A DNA stretch of 64,000 nt, from the IMG/VR virus record IMGVR_UViG_3300037461_001787, positions 45,278-109,277 of that record. The stretch is one strand, 5' to 3'. The translations under genes and the position numbers were made by a program. The notes beneath the pieces were generated by a model that had not been told where the DNA came from, made no database searches, and saw only the letters and a list, made by a program, of their open reading frames with translations. The first letter of the stretch is position 1, and every line of letters begins with the position of its first letter. Of this stretch, positions 46,656-56,078 are shown piece after piece. This DNA comes from a virus.

Positions 46656-47157
46656 GTATCGAGCAAAGATCGGAGCGCAAAAGTTGTGTAGAAGTTTGCC
46701 CGGCGGAGAGTCTGTCCTTGGATCTGGGTATCAGGAGCGTCTTTTTGATCGTGTTTTTGACGCATTTGTTTCTCAGAATCCAATAGCGGAAAGGGATTTT
46801 GAGCATTTTGTGCATTCGGTGATTTTTTTCGAGGCACGGAATATTCGTAATTTGGTTGTGCGAAGGGGATATCTTGATCTGGAATTCAGGGGATATTGTT
46901 CTGCTGGCGATGATTGCAGCGATTTTTATTGCCGTCAGTTGGAGGCCCGCTCTGACATCGAGTTGTTGCGCAAACGGCTCTCGAAATGGGATTTGGCGTT
47001 GATATCTATATTTCTGGAATATGAGAAGGTGCGTCCGGCGGCGAAGGCCTGGGCCCAACAGCGCGCAGCGGAGGGTAAGTTTCCGCGTGGGCGGAATTGG
47101 TGTGCGTATCAAATACGGCGATCGATCAGGCGGGCGCGGGAAATTTTGGGAGAATAG
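46609..47157 (+). CDS. Hypothetical protein, possibly a divergent sigma70/ECF-like factor
   Basis: FEHFVHSVIFFEARN (region-2-like); RLSKWDLALI and IRRSIRRAREIL (region-4-like). Similarity is weak. Confidence 0.35.
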   Translation: MRHIVEVQKEQVEYLEYRAKIGAQKLCRSLPGGESVLGSGYQERLFDRVFDAFVSQNPIAERDFEHFVHSVIFFEARNIRNLVVRRGYLDLEFRGYCSAGDDCSDFYCRQLEARSDIELLRKRLSKWDLALISIFLEYEKVRPAAKAWAQQRAAEGKFPRGRNWCAYQIRRSIRRAREILGE

Positions 47158-47162
47158 AAAAA

Positions 47163-47225
47163 TCTGGATTTCTGGACTTCGCTGCGATAGGTCTGAATGC
47201 GGGCAGTCCAGAAAAATTCCAGAAA
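47163..47225. promoter_or_regulatory. Inverted cluster of TCCAGA(AA) motifs in intergenic DNA
   Basis: TCTGGA-TTTCTGGACT ... AGTCCAGAAA-AATTCCAGAAA, with a 10-bp perfect inverted core. Confidence 0.6.
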
Positions 47226-47236
47226 GGATCTGAGTC

Positions 47237-48310
47237 ATGAGCATGCCAAGTTGTTACGGTCAGGTGTGGGAAGGGGTTGCGGGATCCATTTGCGTGGATC
47301 AGGGATGCGGGGTGATCGATGACTGTCTCATGCGTTTCGCCAGTGGGGTGCTAGTGGACTGGCAGCGGCAGCTGGGTGAGTCGGCCAGCGTTGAGCAGCT
47401 CTCCCAGGCCATGGCAGTTAAGCCAGAGGCGATTCAGCGGGCGCTTGAATTCCAGAAAACTGCAGGGATTATCCCGTTTGTCAAATCAGTTGTGATCCCA
47501 GCTCCGGTAGAGCAGGTACTGCCGCAGGCTTCGCCTGCAATGGTAGAGGTGGCGGTTACTGAAGTATCGGAGGTGGGGTGCCCGTCTGAAGAGCAACAGC
47601 AATCTGTTGTGGATGCTCCATTGGCGGAGGTGGTCGAGATGCCCGTGACCGCGGAAGCAACGCGGGCGCTAGAGGAGGTAGCGGGGATGGTCATTCGGAA
47701 GAAAAATAAGGGCAGGGCAAAAGCCGCGCCCAAGGGCAAAATGCCCAGGGGTACGGGGACGAAAAAGGGGGCGGCGTCAACTGTTACCCGCCGCCCCAAG
47801 TCGGCCGGGCCTGCGAAGAGTGCCAGGGTACCGGCCAAGGGCAACAAGGCGTGTGTGCGCCTTGTTGCGGCACAGGGCGCCAGCAAAAAACGGGGGCGCA
47901 AGCCGGCACAGCCGGAACAGGGTGCGCACAAGAAGTTGGAGCGCAAGTCAGCGGCGGAAGAGCAGAGCCGGCAGTGGGGCCGATCGGCAGCGATGAATCG
48001 CAGTCGGTGGCAGCGGGAGCGGGAGCGGTCATCTCTCATTGCGCAGTTGAAGCCCGGCATGAAGTTGAAGCGACTTTGGGAGGGCAAAACTCTGGAAGTC
48101 GTCTGTGTGCGGGACGGGTACCGGTACCAGGGAGATATCTATCCGACGCTTTACAGCGTGGTGATGGCGATTGTGGGGACAGTTCCCAGAAAGAAACAGA
48201 AGAAGGCGGACGGCACAATCCCTGGGGGTACGCGCAATCTAACAAACTGGTCAGCGCCGAAATTTTTCAGACTCCCCTGGATCATCGGGGGCAAGAAGGG
48301 CGCGACGTAA
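47237..48310 (+). CDS. DUF2924-domain protein with N-terminal Cys motif and Lys/Ala-rich H1-like linker
   Basis: C-terminal LKPGMKLKRLWEG...GYRYQGDIYPTLYSVVMAIVGT...NWSAPKFFRL; N-terminal CYG...C....C.....C. Confidence 0.7.
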   Translation: MSMPSCYGQVWEGVAGSICVDQGCGVIDDCLMRFASGVLVDWQRQLGESASVEQLSQAMAVKPEAIQRALEFQKTAGIIPFVKSVVIPAPVEQVLPQASPAMVEVAVTEVSEVGCPSEEQQQSVVDAPLAEVVEMPVTAEATRALEEVAGMVIRKKNKGRAKAAPKGKMPRGTGTKKGAASTVTRRPKSAGPAKSARVPAKGNKACVRLVAAQGASKKRGRKPAQPEQGAHKKLERKSAAEEQSRQWGRSAAMNRSRWQRERERSSLIAQLKPGMKLKRLWEGKTLEVVCVRDGYRYQGDIYPTLYSVVMAIVGTVPRKKQKKADGTIPGGTRNLTNWSAPKFFRLPWIIGGKKGAT

Positions 48311-48315
48311 ATGCT

Positions 48316-48600
48316 GTGCCGGTGGCGCAGTGGGTGCTGAATTTGACCTCGCTGCAGATGGCGCGGGTCGATTGGCCTGGGCATCCTTCACTTGCGACAT
48401 TGGCGAGTGGGGATCAGATCATGCAGATACTCATCTGGGTTCCGGCGTTGAACAAATGGATGCGGATCGGGTCCCAGGGCAAAGGTATTGATGCGCATGG
48501 GACGGTCAATGTGACATTTGCGGAATTCACGTTTTTGGCGCAATCAGCTGAGCGAGGGCTGCCGTTGGATCAAGCTCTCGCTATGTTGCTGACGCGATAG
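48316..48600 (+). CDS. Small hypothetical protein
   Basis: Fills gap before polA; GTG start uncertain. Confidence 0.45.
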   Translation: MPVAQWVLNLTSLQMARVDWPGHPSLATLASGDQIMQILIWVPALNKWMRIGSQGKGIDAHGTVNVTFAEFTFLAQSAERGLPLDQALAMLLTR

Positions 48601-48615
48601 ATTAGGCGGTGCGGG

Positions 48616-51435
48616 ATGGCGGTGCAGACAACCGGTTTTCACGATTACGTGTTGGAGCATCGCCGTCCCGACTGTCATTTGATCATGACGGGAGATCGCT
48701 TTGAGTGGATGATTCGTTTTCTGGAGGCAAGCCCAATATTGGTTTATGACACTGAGACAAGCGGGCTTGATTGGTTTCGCGATGCCCGGGCGTGCGGGGT
48801 AGCTTTTGGCGGAATTTCTGGAACGGAGGCCCATCAGTTTTACGTGCCTTTCCGCCATCGCACTGGCGAGCAGCAATTGGACATCGAGCGCATCTCGCCG
48901 GCGATTCGTCAGCTGCTCGCCAGTGCGAAGTTTAAGATCGGTCATCATCTGAAGTTTGATAAGCACATTTCGCATCGGGAGGGTTGGAAAATTGCACCTC
49001 CAGTCTATGACACGATGGTTGCGGCCAAGCTTTACGATGAGAATCGTTTTATCGCGCTCAAGACCCGAGCGGTCGAGGATCTGGGTCGTGAGGATGCCAA
49101 GGTTGGCGAGCGCAGAGTGGCGATGATGGTCGCGCAGCTCGCCAAGCAGCAGAAGATGGGTATCTCTGAGTACCGCTCGCGGTACGGTTACAGTCAGGTG
49201 CCGATTTGGCTGCTCGGGGAGTACGCTTGCGGGGATGTGGAGTTTACCCGGTTGCTTTGGCAGTTCTACGAGGATCCGCAGCGCTCCATCTCCCAGCGTT
49301 TCCCGCGCATCTGGGCCACTGAGATGGACTTGATCGATGTGCTTTGCGATGCCGAGGAGGCGGGGATCGCCATCGATGTGGAGTATCTATCGCGGTTGCG
49401 CCAGGAGCTGCGCGATCACCTTGCGCAGATCGAGGCTGAGATCAGGTTGTTGTTTGATGGGCGCAAGTTAGAATTGGGATCGGATGCGGCGGTGCGTCGG
49501 TTTCTGTTGGAGGAGTTACGTTGTCCGCTGACCAAGCTCACCCGCGGGGGTAAGAGCGGGGAGAAGCAGTTTGCGGTGGACAAGGAGGTGTTGGCTGAGT
49601 TTGCTCATGTGCACCCGGTGGTCCCGCGTATCGTGGCTTGGCGAGAAGCGGAAAAGTTGGCGAACACGTACACCTCGTCGATTCTGGATCGGATTGATTC
49701 CAGAAATTACCTGCATCCGGAGTTTCAGCAGGTGGGAACTACTTCGGGTAGGCTATCTTGTAGTTCACCTAATTTCCAGAATCAGCCGGTGGACGATGAC
49801 GAACGGGCCAAGCGCTATTCTGGAAAGTCTCTGGAAGAGGGCGGGGTTGATCCTTGGTCTATTCGTCGGGCTTACGTGGTGGGAAGGCCGGGGTGTGCTA
49901 GATTGTTTTTTGATTACTGCCTTGCGCCGGAGACGCTGGTGGAGACGGTTGCGGGTAAGCGCCCGTTGGGCGACCTGCAAGCGGGAGACAAAGTTTATAC
50001 CTATCGCGATGGGAAAATTGCGTGGGGGGCGGTGACGCGCAGCGTGCGAGTGGGATTTCTCCCGGCGTACCGGGTGACGTTTGACAATGGGGAGAGTGTG
50101 GTGGCGTCGGCGGATCATAGGTGGCCGATTCGGGTGCGTAGACCGGGGAAAGGGGGGCCGCTGGCGGAAGAGATTCGGACTACCAGCGAGTTGCAAGTTG
50201 GGGATCGGATGATTCCGATGAAGCGGGTGCAAGCTAATTACGTCCACCTCTATTCTCGGGGAGCTACGTTGTACACCAAAGAGCATTTGTTGGTGGCAGA
50301 AGCGGTATTAGGGCCTTGCCCTGCGGATTACGTGGTGCACCACATAGATGAAGATAAAAGCAACAATCATTTTTCTAATTTGAAATATGTGCCGCGGGGA
50401 GCGCATTTCAGTGTTCATGGGAGAGCGAATTACCAAAAGCAAGATCACATAAAGCGGCTGGCGGCTTTACGGGTGGGGTTGGCGGATCGGCGTAACTATG
50501 CTGGGGCGGGGAATCCCAATTTTGGGAAGCAGAAAGGCGCGCCAGTGGAGTGCGCTTGCTGCGGGAAAGTCTTTTATCGTCCGCCCAGTCATGCGGCTAA
50601 GTTTTGTTCGCAAAAATGCTATTTCCAAGCAAAGCGCGACGGGAATAATCATCGGGTGGTGGCGATTGAATTTCTTGGGGATCGGGAAATGGCCGCGATC
50701 ACGGTAGAGCCTGATCATAATTTTGTATTGGGTTGTGGGGTGGTGACTTGTAACTCGCAAATCGAACTTCGCGTTTTGGCGTTTTATACTCGTGACCCCA
50801 TTCTGGTGGACGCTTACTTGAAGGGCGAGGACATTCACACCCGTACTTCCCAGGAGGTGTTTGGTACTGCTGACAAGGCTTGGCGGAGGAAGGCAAAGGT
50901 AGTGAATTTCGGCCTGTCATATTGTATGACAGAGTACGGATTTTCCCGACAAGCCAAGATACCGGTCGATGAGGCGCGGGCTTATCTGGAAAAGTTTTTC
51001 CAGCGATACAAAGGTATTATGGACTTTCGCCGGGCGTTCTGGACGCAGGTGCGGGTGCAGCATGGGTACTTCGCGAATTTATTCGGGCGGCCGCGGCGGG
51101 TTACGGGCATCAGTTCGGCGGATGATTACAAGCGGGGGCAGGCTGAGCGCGAGGCTATCGCTAGCCTGGTGCAGGGGACAGCGGCCGAGCTGACCAAGGA
51201 ATCGCTGGTGCGCATTGCTCGATTCTTCAAGGAACGCTCGCTGCCCGCTCAGATTGTCTCGACGGTGCATGATGAGATCCAAATTGATTGCGACTCGCGG
51301 GCGCTACCGGAAGTGGTTCTGGGGGTGAAGGCCTTGATGGAGGCGTTTCCCGAATTCGCCCCTATCCCGATCAAGGTGGATGGTGATTACAGCGCGACGA
51401 GTTGGGCAGATAAGCGAAAGTTACCAAAGGAATAG
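48616..51435 (+). CDS. polA: Family A DNA polymerase with 3'-5' exonuclease, containing an intein
   Basis: YDTETSGL; TTSGRLS..PNFQN; motif A DY//SQIELR split by intein; RRKAKVVNFG; VHDEI. Confidence 0.95.
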   Translation: MAVQTTGFHDYVLEHRRPDCHLIMTGDRFEWMIRFLEASPILVYDTETSGLDWFRDARACGVAFGGISGTEAHQFYVPFRHRTGEQQLDIERISPAIRQLLASAKFKIGHHLKFDKHISHREGWKIAPPVYDTMVAAKLYDENRFIALKTRAVEDLGREDAKVGERRVAMMVAQLAKQQKMGISEYRSRYGYSQVPIWLLGEYACGDVEFTRLLWQFYEDPQRSISQRFPRIWATEMDLIDVLCDAEEAGIAIDVEYLSRLRQELRDHLAQIEAEIRLLFDGRKLELGSDAAVRRFLLEELRCPLTKLTRGGKSGEKQFAVDKEVLAEFAHVHPVVPRIVAWREAEKLANTYTSSILDRIDSRNYLHPEFQQVGTTSGRLSCSSPNFQNQPVDDDERAKRYSGKSLEEGGVDPWSIRRAYVVGRPGCARLFFDYCLAPETLVETVAGKRPLGDLQAGDKVYTYRDGKIAWGAVTRSVRVGFLPAYRVTFDNGESVVASADHRWPIRVRRPGKGGPLAEEIRTTSELQVGDRMIPMKRVQANYVHLYSRGATLYTKEHLLVAEAVLGPCPADYVVHHIDEDKSNNHFSNLKYVPRGAHFSVHGRANYQKQDHIKRLAALRVGLADRRNYAGAGNPNFGKQKGAPVECACCGKVFYRPPSHAAKFCSQKCYFQAKRDGNNHRVVAIEFLGDREMAAITVEPDHNFVLGCGVVTCNSQIELRVLAFYTRDPILVDAYLKGEDIHTRTSQEVFGTADKAWRRKAKVVNFGLSYCMTEYGFSRQAKIPVDEARAYLEKFFQRYKGIMDFRRAFWTQVRVQHGYFANLFGRPRRVTGISSADDYKRGQAEREAIASLVQGTAAELTKESLVRIARFFKERSLPAQIVSTVHDEIQIDCDSRALPEVVLGVKALMEAFPEFAPIPIKVDGDYSATSWADKRKLPKE
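49918..50754 (+). mobile_element. Intein with HNH homing endonuclease in PolA motif A
   Basis: Starts CLAPETLV; ASADHRW; VHHIDEDKSNNHFSNL; CACCGKVF...FCSQKC; ends VVTCN|S. Confidence 0.92.
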
Positions 51436-51445
51436 AGGAGAGATC

Positions 51446-51889
51446 ATGGTGGTATTGGCTCAGGACCAAAAGCGCAGTGAGGCGGAGAAAGAGTGGAAGG
51501 GGGCGGATGCGCTTTACCACGAGCGGCGTGCTGTGGTGCGCAATCATGCGGATGCCAGGCGGAAGGCAAAAATGCGGGAGGGCACGGATAAGGTGGCTGC
51601 GGTTACCCGCGAGCAGCAAGCAGCGCGCGAGAAGGTCGATAAGTGGCGGGATCAGGCGCACAAGCAAATTGAGCAGGAGTTTGCGGCGAAAATAGCTGGT
51701 ATCACTGCGGACAAGCATCGTGCGTGTTTGGCTATCGAGGAAGAGATTGCGCGGGTAACGCGGGCGATCGAGGACGAGGAGCGCAAAGCCATCGCGCTAT
51801 TGGAAGTGGAACGCGAAGTGGCGGTGCAACGTTATTTGGGGGTGATCGATTCTTTGAAAGTGCCGGGGGTACCGGTGGAAAGCGAGTAG
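51446..51889 (+). CDS. Coiled-coil hypothetical protein
   Basis: GAGGAG RBS; charged helical sequence. Confidence 0.65.
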   Translation: MVVLAQDQKRSEAEKEWKGADALYHERRAVVRNHADARRKAKMREGTDKVAAVTREQQAAREKVDKWRDQAHKQIEQEFAAKIAGITADKHRACLAIEEEIARVTRAIEDEERKAIALLEVEREVAVQRYLGVIDSLKVPGVPVESE

Positions 51890-51893
51890 GGAA

Positions 51894-52424
51894 ATGAGCG
51901 GTACTGGAAGTAGCAGGGCGACGTTGGAGGCAGCAGTGATGCGTTTGGCGACCATTCACCCGGTGAACATTTGGGAGGTCGATGAGGCCACGGGCGATGC
52001 CCGCCCTTGGTACCTGGTGGATGGGTCAATTGCGCATCAGGTGGTCATCCGGGAAGTGGAGCTGCAGGAGCAGGTGCAGCTTATCTCGGGGCAGATCATG
52101 CATTGGGGGCGGCTCGCTGCGCAGGCCAAGCGGGTTTGGGAGATTGAGGAGCGCAACTACCGAATCTGGCGGGATGGGACTTTGTTGAAGTTTGTGGGGG
52201 AGGCGGGAGAGGGCGAAAAAAAGAAAAGCCCACCGCAGTGGCAGGCGGAAGCAATGTTGCGGGCTGATCCGTTGTACCGCGTGCATCAGGTGCGGTTGGA
52301 GCGAGCGGAAGAGGCCTACAATGTTGCGCATGCAATTTTGGAAGGGTTTATGGCCAAGAAAGAAATGATGAAATCGGCTGTGATTCGCGCAAAAGAAGAC
52401 GGGGCGCCCCGTCTTTCGGTTTGA
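51894..52424 (+). CDS. UvsY-like recombination mediator
   Basis: Helical; AEAMLRADPLY...ILEGFMAKKEMMKS; adjacent to SSB and RecA. Confidence 0.5.
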   Translation: MSGTGSSRATLEAAVMRLATIHPVNIWEVDEATGDARPWYLVDGSIAHQVVIREVELQEQVQLISGQIMHWGRLAAQAKRVWEIEERNYRIWRDGTLLKFVGEAGEGEKKKSPPQWQAEAMLRADPLYRVHQVRLERAEEAYNVAHAILEGFMAKKEMMKSAVIRAKEDGAPRLSV

Positions 52425-52476
52425 AAAAATTTGGTCGCTTTTTAGTGCTGGTGACTTAACCGAGTGGAGGAATACT

Positions 52477-54354
52477 ATGAACCAATTTGGATATCCGCCG
52501 GGGTCCGTACCACCGGTTTCTTTACAGCAGCAATGGCCACAATTCGCGGCGAACCCAGCACCTATGGGGGCGCCGGCGTACCCCGCGGTGGCGAGTCAAA
52601 GCCATCCGCAGATGGGGCCACCGGGCTATCCGGGGGCGGGCCCATTCACCCCAATGGCGACTCCTCCGGTACCTACCATGGCGCAAGCGCCTATGGCCTC
52701 GGCAGGTATCGGAGGAGTTCCTGCCTTTTACATCCCAGATGAGGAGATGGTCCGGGCCCAGTATCGCGAGTTCCAGGAGGAGGCCGCCCAGCGTGGAGGG
52801 ACTCGTGCGCAGTACGTGAAATTTCCGGGGCCCCAGGGTCAGACCAAGTGGGATATGGTCCCGGCGGGGTATGCGGTGTCGTTGAATGTGTACATTTTGC
52901 CCGCATGGAAGTCTGGGGTGAATGTTTACCGGCGCGTGCGTTCACATTTTTGGCGAAGCCATCAGCATCCCAAAGGCGCGTCGATCAATTGCACGGGCCC
53001 GGAGACATGCCTGCTCTGTAAGGCGCGCGATGCGGGGATCAATTCCACGGATCCGATGATCCAGAAACGCGCCAAGGATTACGGGCGCACGCGGACCCAG
53101 TATTTGTACAACGTCGTGTTGCTGGACAACCCAACAGGGCATATCGATCGCACGGGGCAGATGCGCCCGTTTATTTTGGGCGCGGGGCAGACTTTGCACG
53201 ATGCCATTCAAAATTTCATCTCTGAGCGCGGATTGATTTCTATCGTGCATCCGCTCAATGGGCGCCCGCTGAAGATCACGCGCAAAAAGACAGGCCCAAA
53301 TGAGATGGATGTGGAATATTCCGTTGTGGATATGAATCCAGCGCCGTTACACCCATACTATTATCCAGCCCTGGCTGCGTTGTGGGACTTGGATGCGGAG
53401 GATAAACAGGCCGCTCCAGATCAGCAAATGCGAGCAGTACAGGAGCTTGGATTGCCGATGCCGATGGAGGCGATGGGGAGCGTGCCGGGATACACAGCGC
53501 AACCCGGGATGCCGATGGCGCCGATGGGGCCTAATCCGTTTCCAGTAGGATCCCCGACAGGCCCGGTCATGATGCCCCCGCCGGCTTTCGGGCCGCCACC
53601 GATGCCGAGCGCGCAGCAACAGTTCGGTGGGTTCCCGCCAGTTCCGCAACCGCAGTCCTATTTTTCTGGAATGGCAGCGCCGATGGCACCACCGGCTCCG
53701 TTTTCTGGAATGACACAGCCCCAGATGGTTCCGCCTCAAATGACACAGCCCCAGATGGCATCACCGCAAATGGCACAGTCGCAAATGGCACAACCCCAAA
53801 TGGCAGTATCGGCACAGTTCGCCGGGATTCCGGCACAGCATACCCATTCGCCGTCGCCTATGGAGCCACCTTCGATGCCGTCTATGCCACCACCTCCGAT
53901 GCCGTCTATGGGGCCTCCGTCATTCATGGCGCCGCCACCGATGCCGATACCGCCTCCGGTGCAATCGGGATCCATTTCGCCCAGTCCTTACGCCCCCCAG
54001 CCGGGGTCCGGGATGGCGCCGATGCCATTGGCCGCTTCACCATCTCCACCGGTGTCTGCTTTGGCATCTTCAGCGCTCTCGGCTCCGGCTGGAGGGGCGT
54101 TTTCGCCTCCCAATGCGGGGCCACCGATGGCGGGGGTATCGTTGCCGGGCGGGAGGGAGCGTTGCTTTGGTCGTTTTAGCGCTCAGGACCGTTATTGTCA
54201 GGAGTGTCCGCCGGATATTGGAGCCCAATGCCAGCGGACTGCCCAGGCGATAGGTGGGGCGCCTTTCGCGGCTCCATCGCTTGGAGGTTCTCCGCCACAA
54301 CCGGGGGCACCTACGTTAGCGCAGCTGTCGAGTCAGTTGAGTGGGGGGAGCTAA
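52477..54354 (+). CDS. gp32-like ssDNA-binding protein with long Pro/Met/Gln-rich disordered tails
   Basis: Core YILPAW...HFW...C.....CLLC...YLYNVV...GRPLKITRKKTG...EYSV; located between polA and recA; GGAGG RBS. Confidence 0.75.
   Translation: MNQFGYPPGSVPPVSLQQQWPQFAANPAPMGAPAYPAVASQSHPQMGPPGYPGAGPFTPMATPPVPTMAQAPMASAGIGGVPAFYIPDEEMVRAQYREFQEEAAQRGGTRAQYVKFPGPQGQTKWDMVPAGYAVSLNVYILPAWKSGVNVYRRVRSHFWRSHQHPKGASINCTGPETCLLCKARDAGINSTDPMIQKRAKDYGRTRTQYLYNVVLLDNPTGHIDRTGQMRPFILGAGQTLHDAIQNFISERGLISIVHPLNGRPLKITRKKTGPNEMDVEYSVVDMNPAPLHPYYYPALAALWDLDAEDKQAAPDQQMRAVQELGLPMPMEAMGSVPGYTAQPGMPMAPMGPNPFPVGSPTGPVMMPPPAFGPPPMPSAQQQFGGFPPVPQPQSYFSGMAAPMAPPAPFSGMTQPQMVPPQMTQPQMASPQMAQSQMAQPQMAVSAQFAGIPAQHTHSPSPMEPPSMPSMPPPPMPSMGPPSFMAPPPMPIPPPVQSGSISPSPYAPQPGSGMAPMPLAASPSPPVSALASSALSAPAGGAFSPPNAGPPMAGVSLPGGRERCFGRFSAQDRYCQECPPDIGAQCQRTAQAIGGAPFAAPSLGGSPPQPGAPTLAQLSSQLSGGS
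53710..53805 (+). repeat. 15-bp coding repeat (M-x-x-P/S-Q pentapeptide x6)
   Basis: MTQPQ MVPPQ MTQPQ MASPQ MAQSQ MAQPQ. Confidence 0.8.
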
Positions 54355-54355
54355 C

Positions 54356-55483
54356 GTGCCCAAGCGATCGAGCACGAGGCCGGCGCGCGCATCGCCTAAG
54401 CGTACACCGGTGCGCGCGCCGGCTAGGCGCGAGAGCCGTCAGCCCCAAATCCGCAAAGACGTGCTGCGAGACTATGAAGAGGCTATGGGCAAAGATGGCT
54501 CGGTTGAGGTGCTGACTCTGGCGGATGAGGGATGTTTGGCCAATGTTCCGATGCATATTTCTACTCAGTCGGTGGAGCTGGATCGGCTGCTCAATGGGCA
54601 GGGTATTCCTTGCGGGCGTTGCATCGAGATCTATGGACCACCGCATATAGGGAAAAGCACTTTGCTTGATCATATGTTTGCTTCGGTCCAGAAAATAGGA
54701 GGACTGGGGATCCTGATCGACGCTGAAGGGGCGCGGGATGTGCGGTACTCGCGCTCCATTGGCATTGATGCAGGGAGGCTACAATATCTGATGTTTGAGC
54801 GGGATCAGTTGCACGTCGAAAACATCCTGACCAAGATCATTGAGACGGTCGAATTCTGGACGGAGAAAGACCCGCAGGTACCTATCGTGATTGGGTGGGA
54901 TGCCCTCGGTGGGACCGCGACTCGCGATGAGCTAGAAGGGCGGTTGGAGAAGAATGAACGCCCTGCGCAGGCTGCAAAAGTGCTGCGGACGGCATGTCGG
55001 CAATTGCCGGCGAAATTGGGGAATACCAGGATCGCTTTGGTGGTCTGCAATCACGAGTATGAGAATATCCAGATGGGGTTTATGGCCAATAAGGTGGGCA
55101 AGAAGCGCGAGACCTATGGTGGGGAGGCCATTCGGCACTTGTCGAGTATTCGGTTGCAACTATTCCCAACGGGCTGGATCAAGCGGGCTGATGGGGCGAT
55201 TATCGGGCGGGAGGTGGGCGCGAAGTTGGTCAAAAATCGTTTGGGTGCTCCTTGGGGCGAGGCGCGGGTGGCATTGCTTTCTGGAATCGGGATCGATAAT
55301 GTCTGGAGTATTTATCAGCGTCTTGCTGCGGCGAGATTGATTTCTGTTTCTGGCAGTTGGGCGGCGATCAATTTAGATGGCGCTGTGCTGAAGTTTCAGG
55401 GTTGGAGCGGCTTGGCGGCGAAGTGCGCGGAGGATGTCACACTATTTCCGCGATTGGTGTCGGTCTATCAATCGCTCGGGTGA
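54356..55483 (+). CDS. recA: RecA / UvsX-like recombinase
   Basis: ISTQSVELD..L...GIPCGRCIEIYGPPHIGKST; IDAE; TYGGEAIRH; VKNRL. Confidence 0.92.
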   Translation: MPKRSSTRPARASPKRTPVRAPARRESRQPQIRKDVLRDYEEAMGKDGSVEVLTLADEGCLANVPMHISTQSVELDRLLNGQGIPCGRCIEIYGPPHIGKSTLLDHMFASVQKIGGLGILIDAEGARDVRYSRSIGIDAGRLQYLMFERDQLHVENILTKIIETVEFWTEKDPQVPIVIGWDALGGTATRDELEGRLEKNERPAQAAKVLRTACRQLPAKLGNTRIALVVCNHEYENIQMGFMANKVGKKRETYGGEAIRHLSSIRLQLFPTGWIKRADGAIIGREVGAKLVKNRLGAPWGEARVALLSGIGIDNVWSIYQRLAAARLISVSGSWAAINLDGAVLKFQGWSGLAAKCAEDVTLFPRLVSVYQSLG

Positions 55484-55487
55484 GATC

Positions 55488-55835
55488 ATGCAAGTAGTCA
55501 TGTTTGATTGCCCGCCGGACTGCGGCGGGTGCAGTTGCCATATCAATCCTCCATGTACGCATTGCGTCGAGCATGCGGCAATAGAGGAAGCACCATTGGC
55601 ATTGGTGGATGATCCAATAGAGCAGCTGCATCTGCGGGTGAATGGATTACAGGAGATGCTCGATGGGCTTGTCTCTGTGGTCCATACGCGCCTTGAGTGC
55701 CAGGCTGAGGAGATTGGGAGGTTGGCAGAGTTGACGCGGCTGGCGGTGGAGAAGGTGCGGGAGGCTCGCGATCGCATGGAGCACAAATACCAGCGGGTGC
55801 TAACCGCGTTGGAGAGTTTGGGTGGGGAGGAGTAG
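55488..55835 (+). CDS. Hypothetical protein with CSCHINPPCxxC motif and coiled coil
   Basis: CGGCSCHINPPCTHC. Confidence 0.65.
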   Translation: MQVVMFDCPPDCGGCSCHINPPCTHCVEHAAIEEAPLALVDDPIEQLHLRVNGLQEMLDGLVSVVHTRLECQAEEIGRLAELTRLAVEKVREARDRMEHKYQRVLTALESLGGEE

Positions 55836-56078
55836 ATGCCTGTCTATGATTATGTTTGCGCGCAGTGCAAAGAGTGCTGCGAACAGCTTCGCGCGGTGGA
55901 AGAGCGGGATGCTGAGATGCCCGTCTGTGGTTGCGGAGGAGTGTTGCGTCGGGTGTTGTTGGTTGCTCCTAAGTTGGGGCAAGAGCGCTATCAGATGAAG
56001 GCAGTATTGGGAGATGGCAGTCATGTGGCGGGGCATTTTGGCAAACAAGCGCCACTCTACAAGGGAGCTAAGCGATGA
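55836..56078 (+). CDS. FmdB-family zinc-ribbon protein
   Basis: MPVYDYVCAQC...E...C.CGG.LRRV. Confidence 0.85.
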   Translation: MPVYDYVCAQCKECCEQLRAVEERDAEMPVCGCGGVLRRVLLVAPKLGQERYQMKAVLGDGSHVAGHFGKQAPLYKGAKR

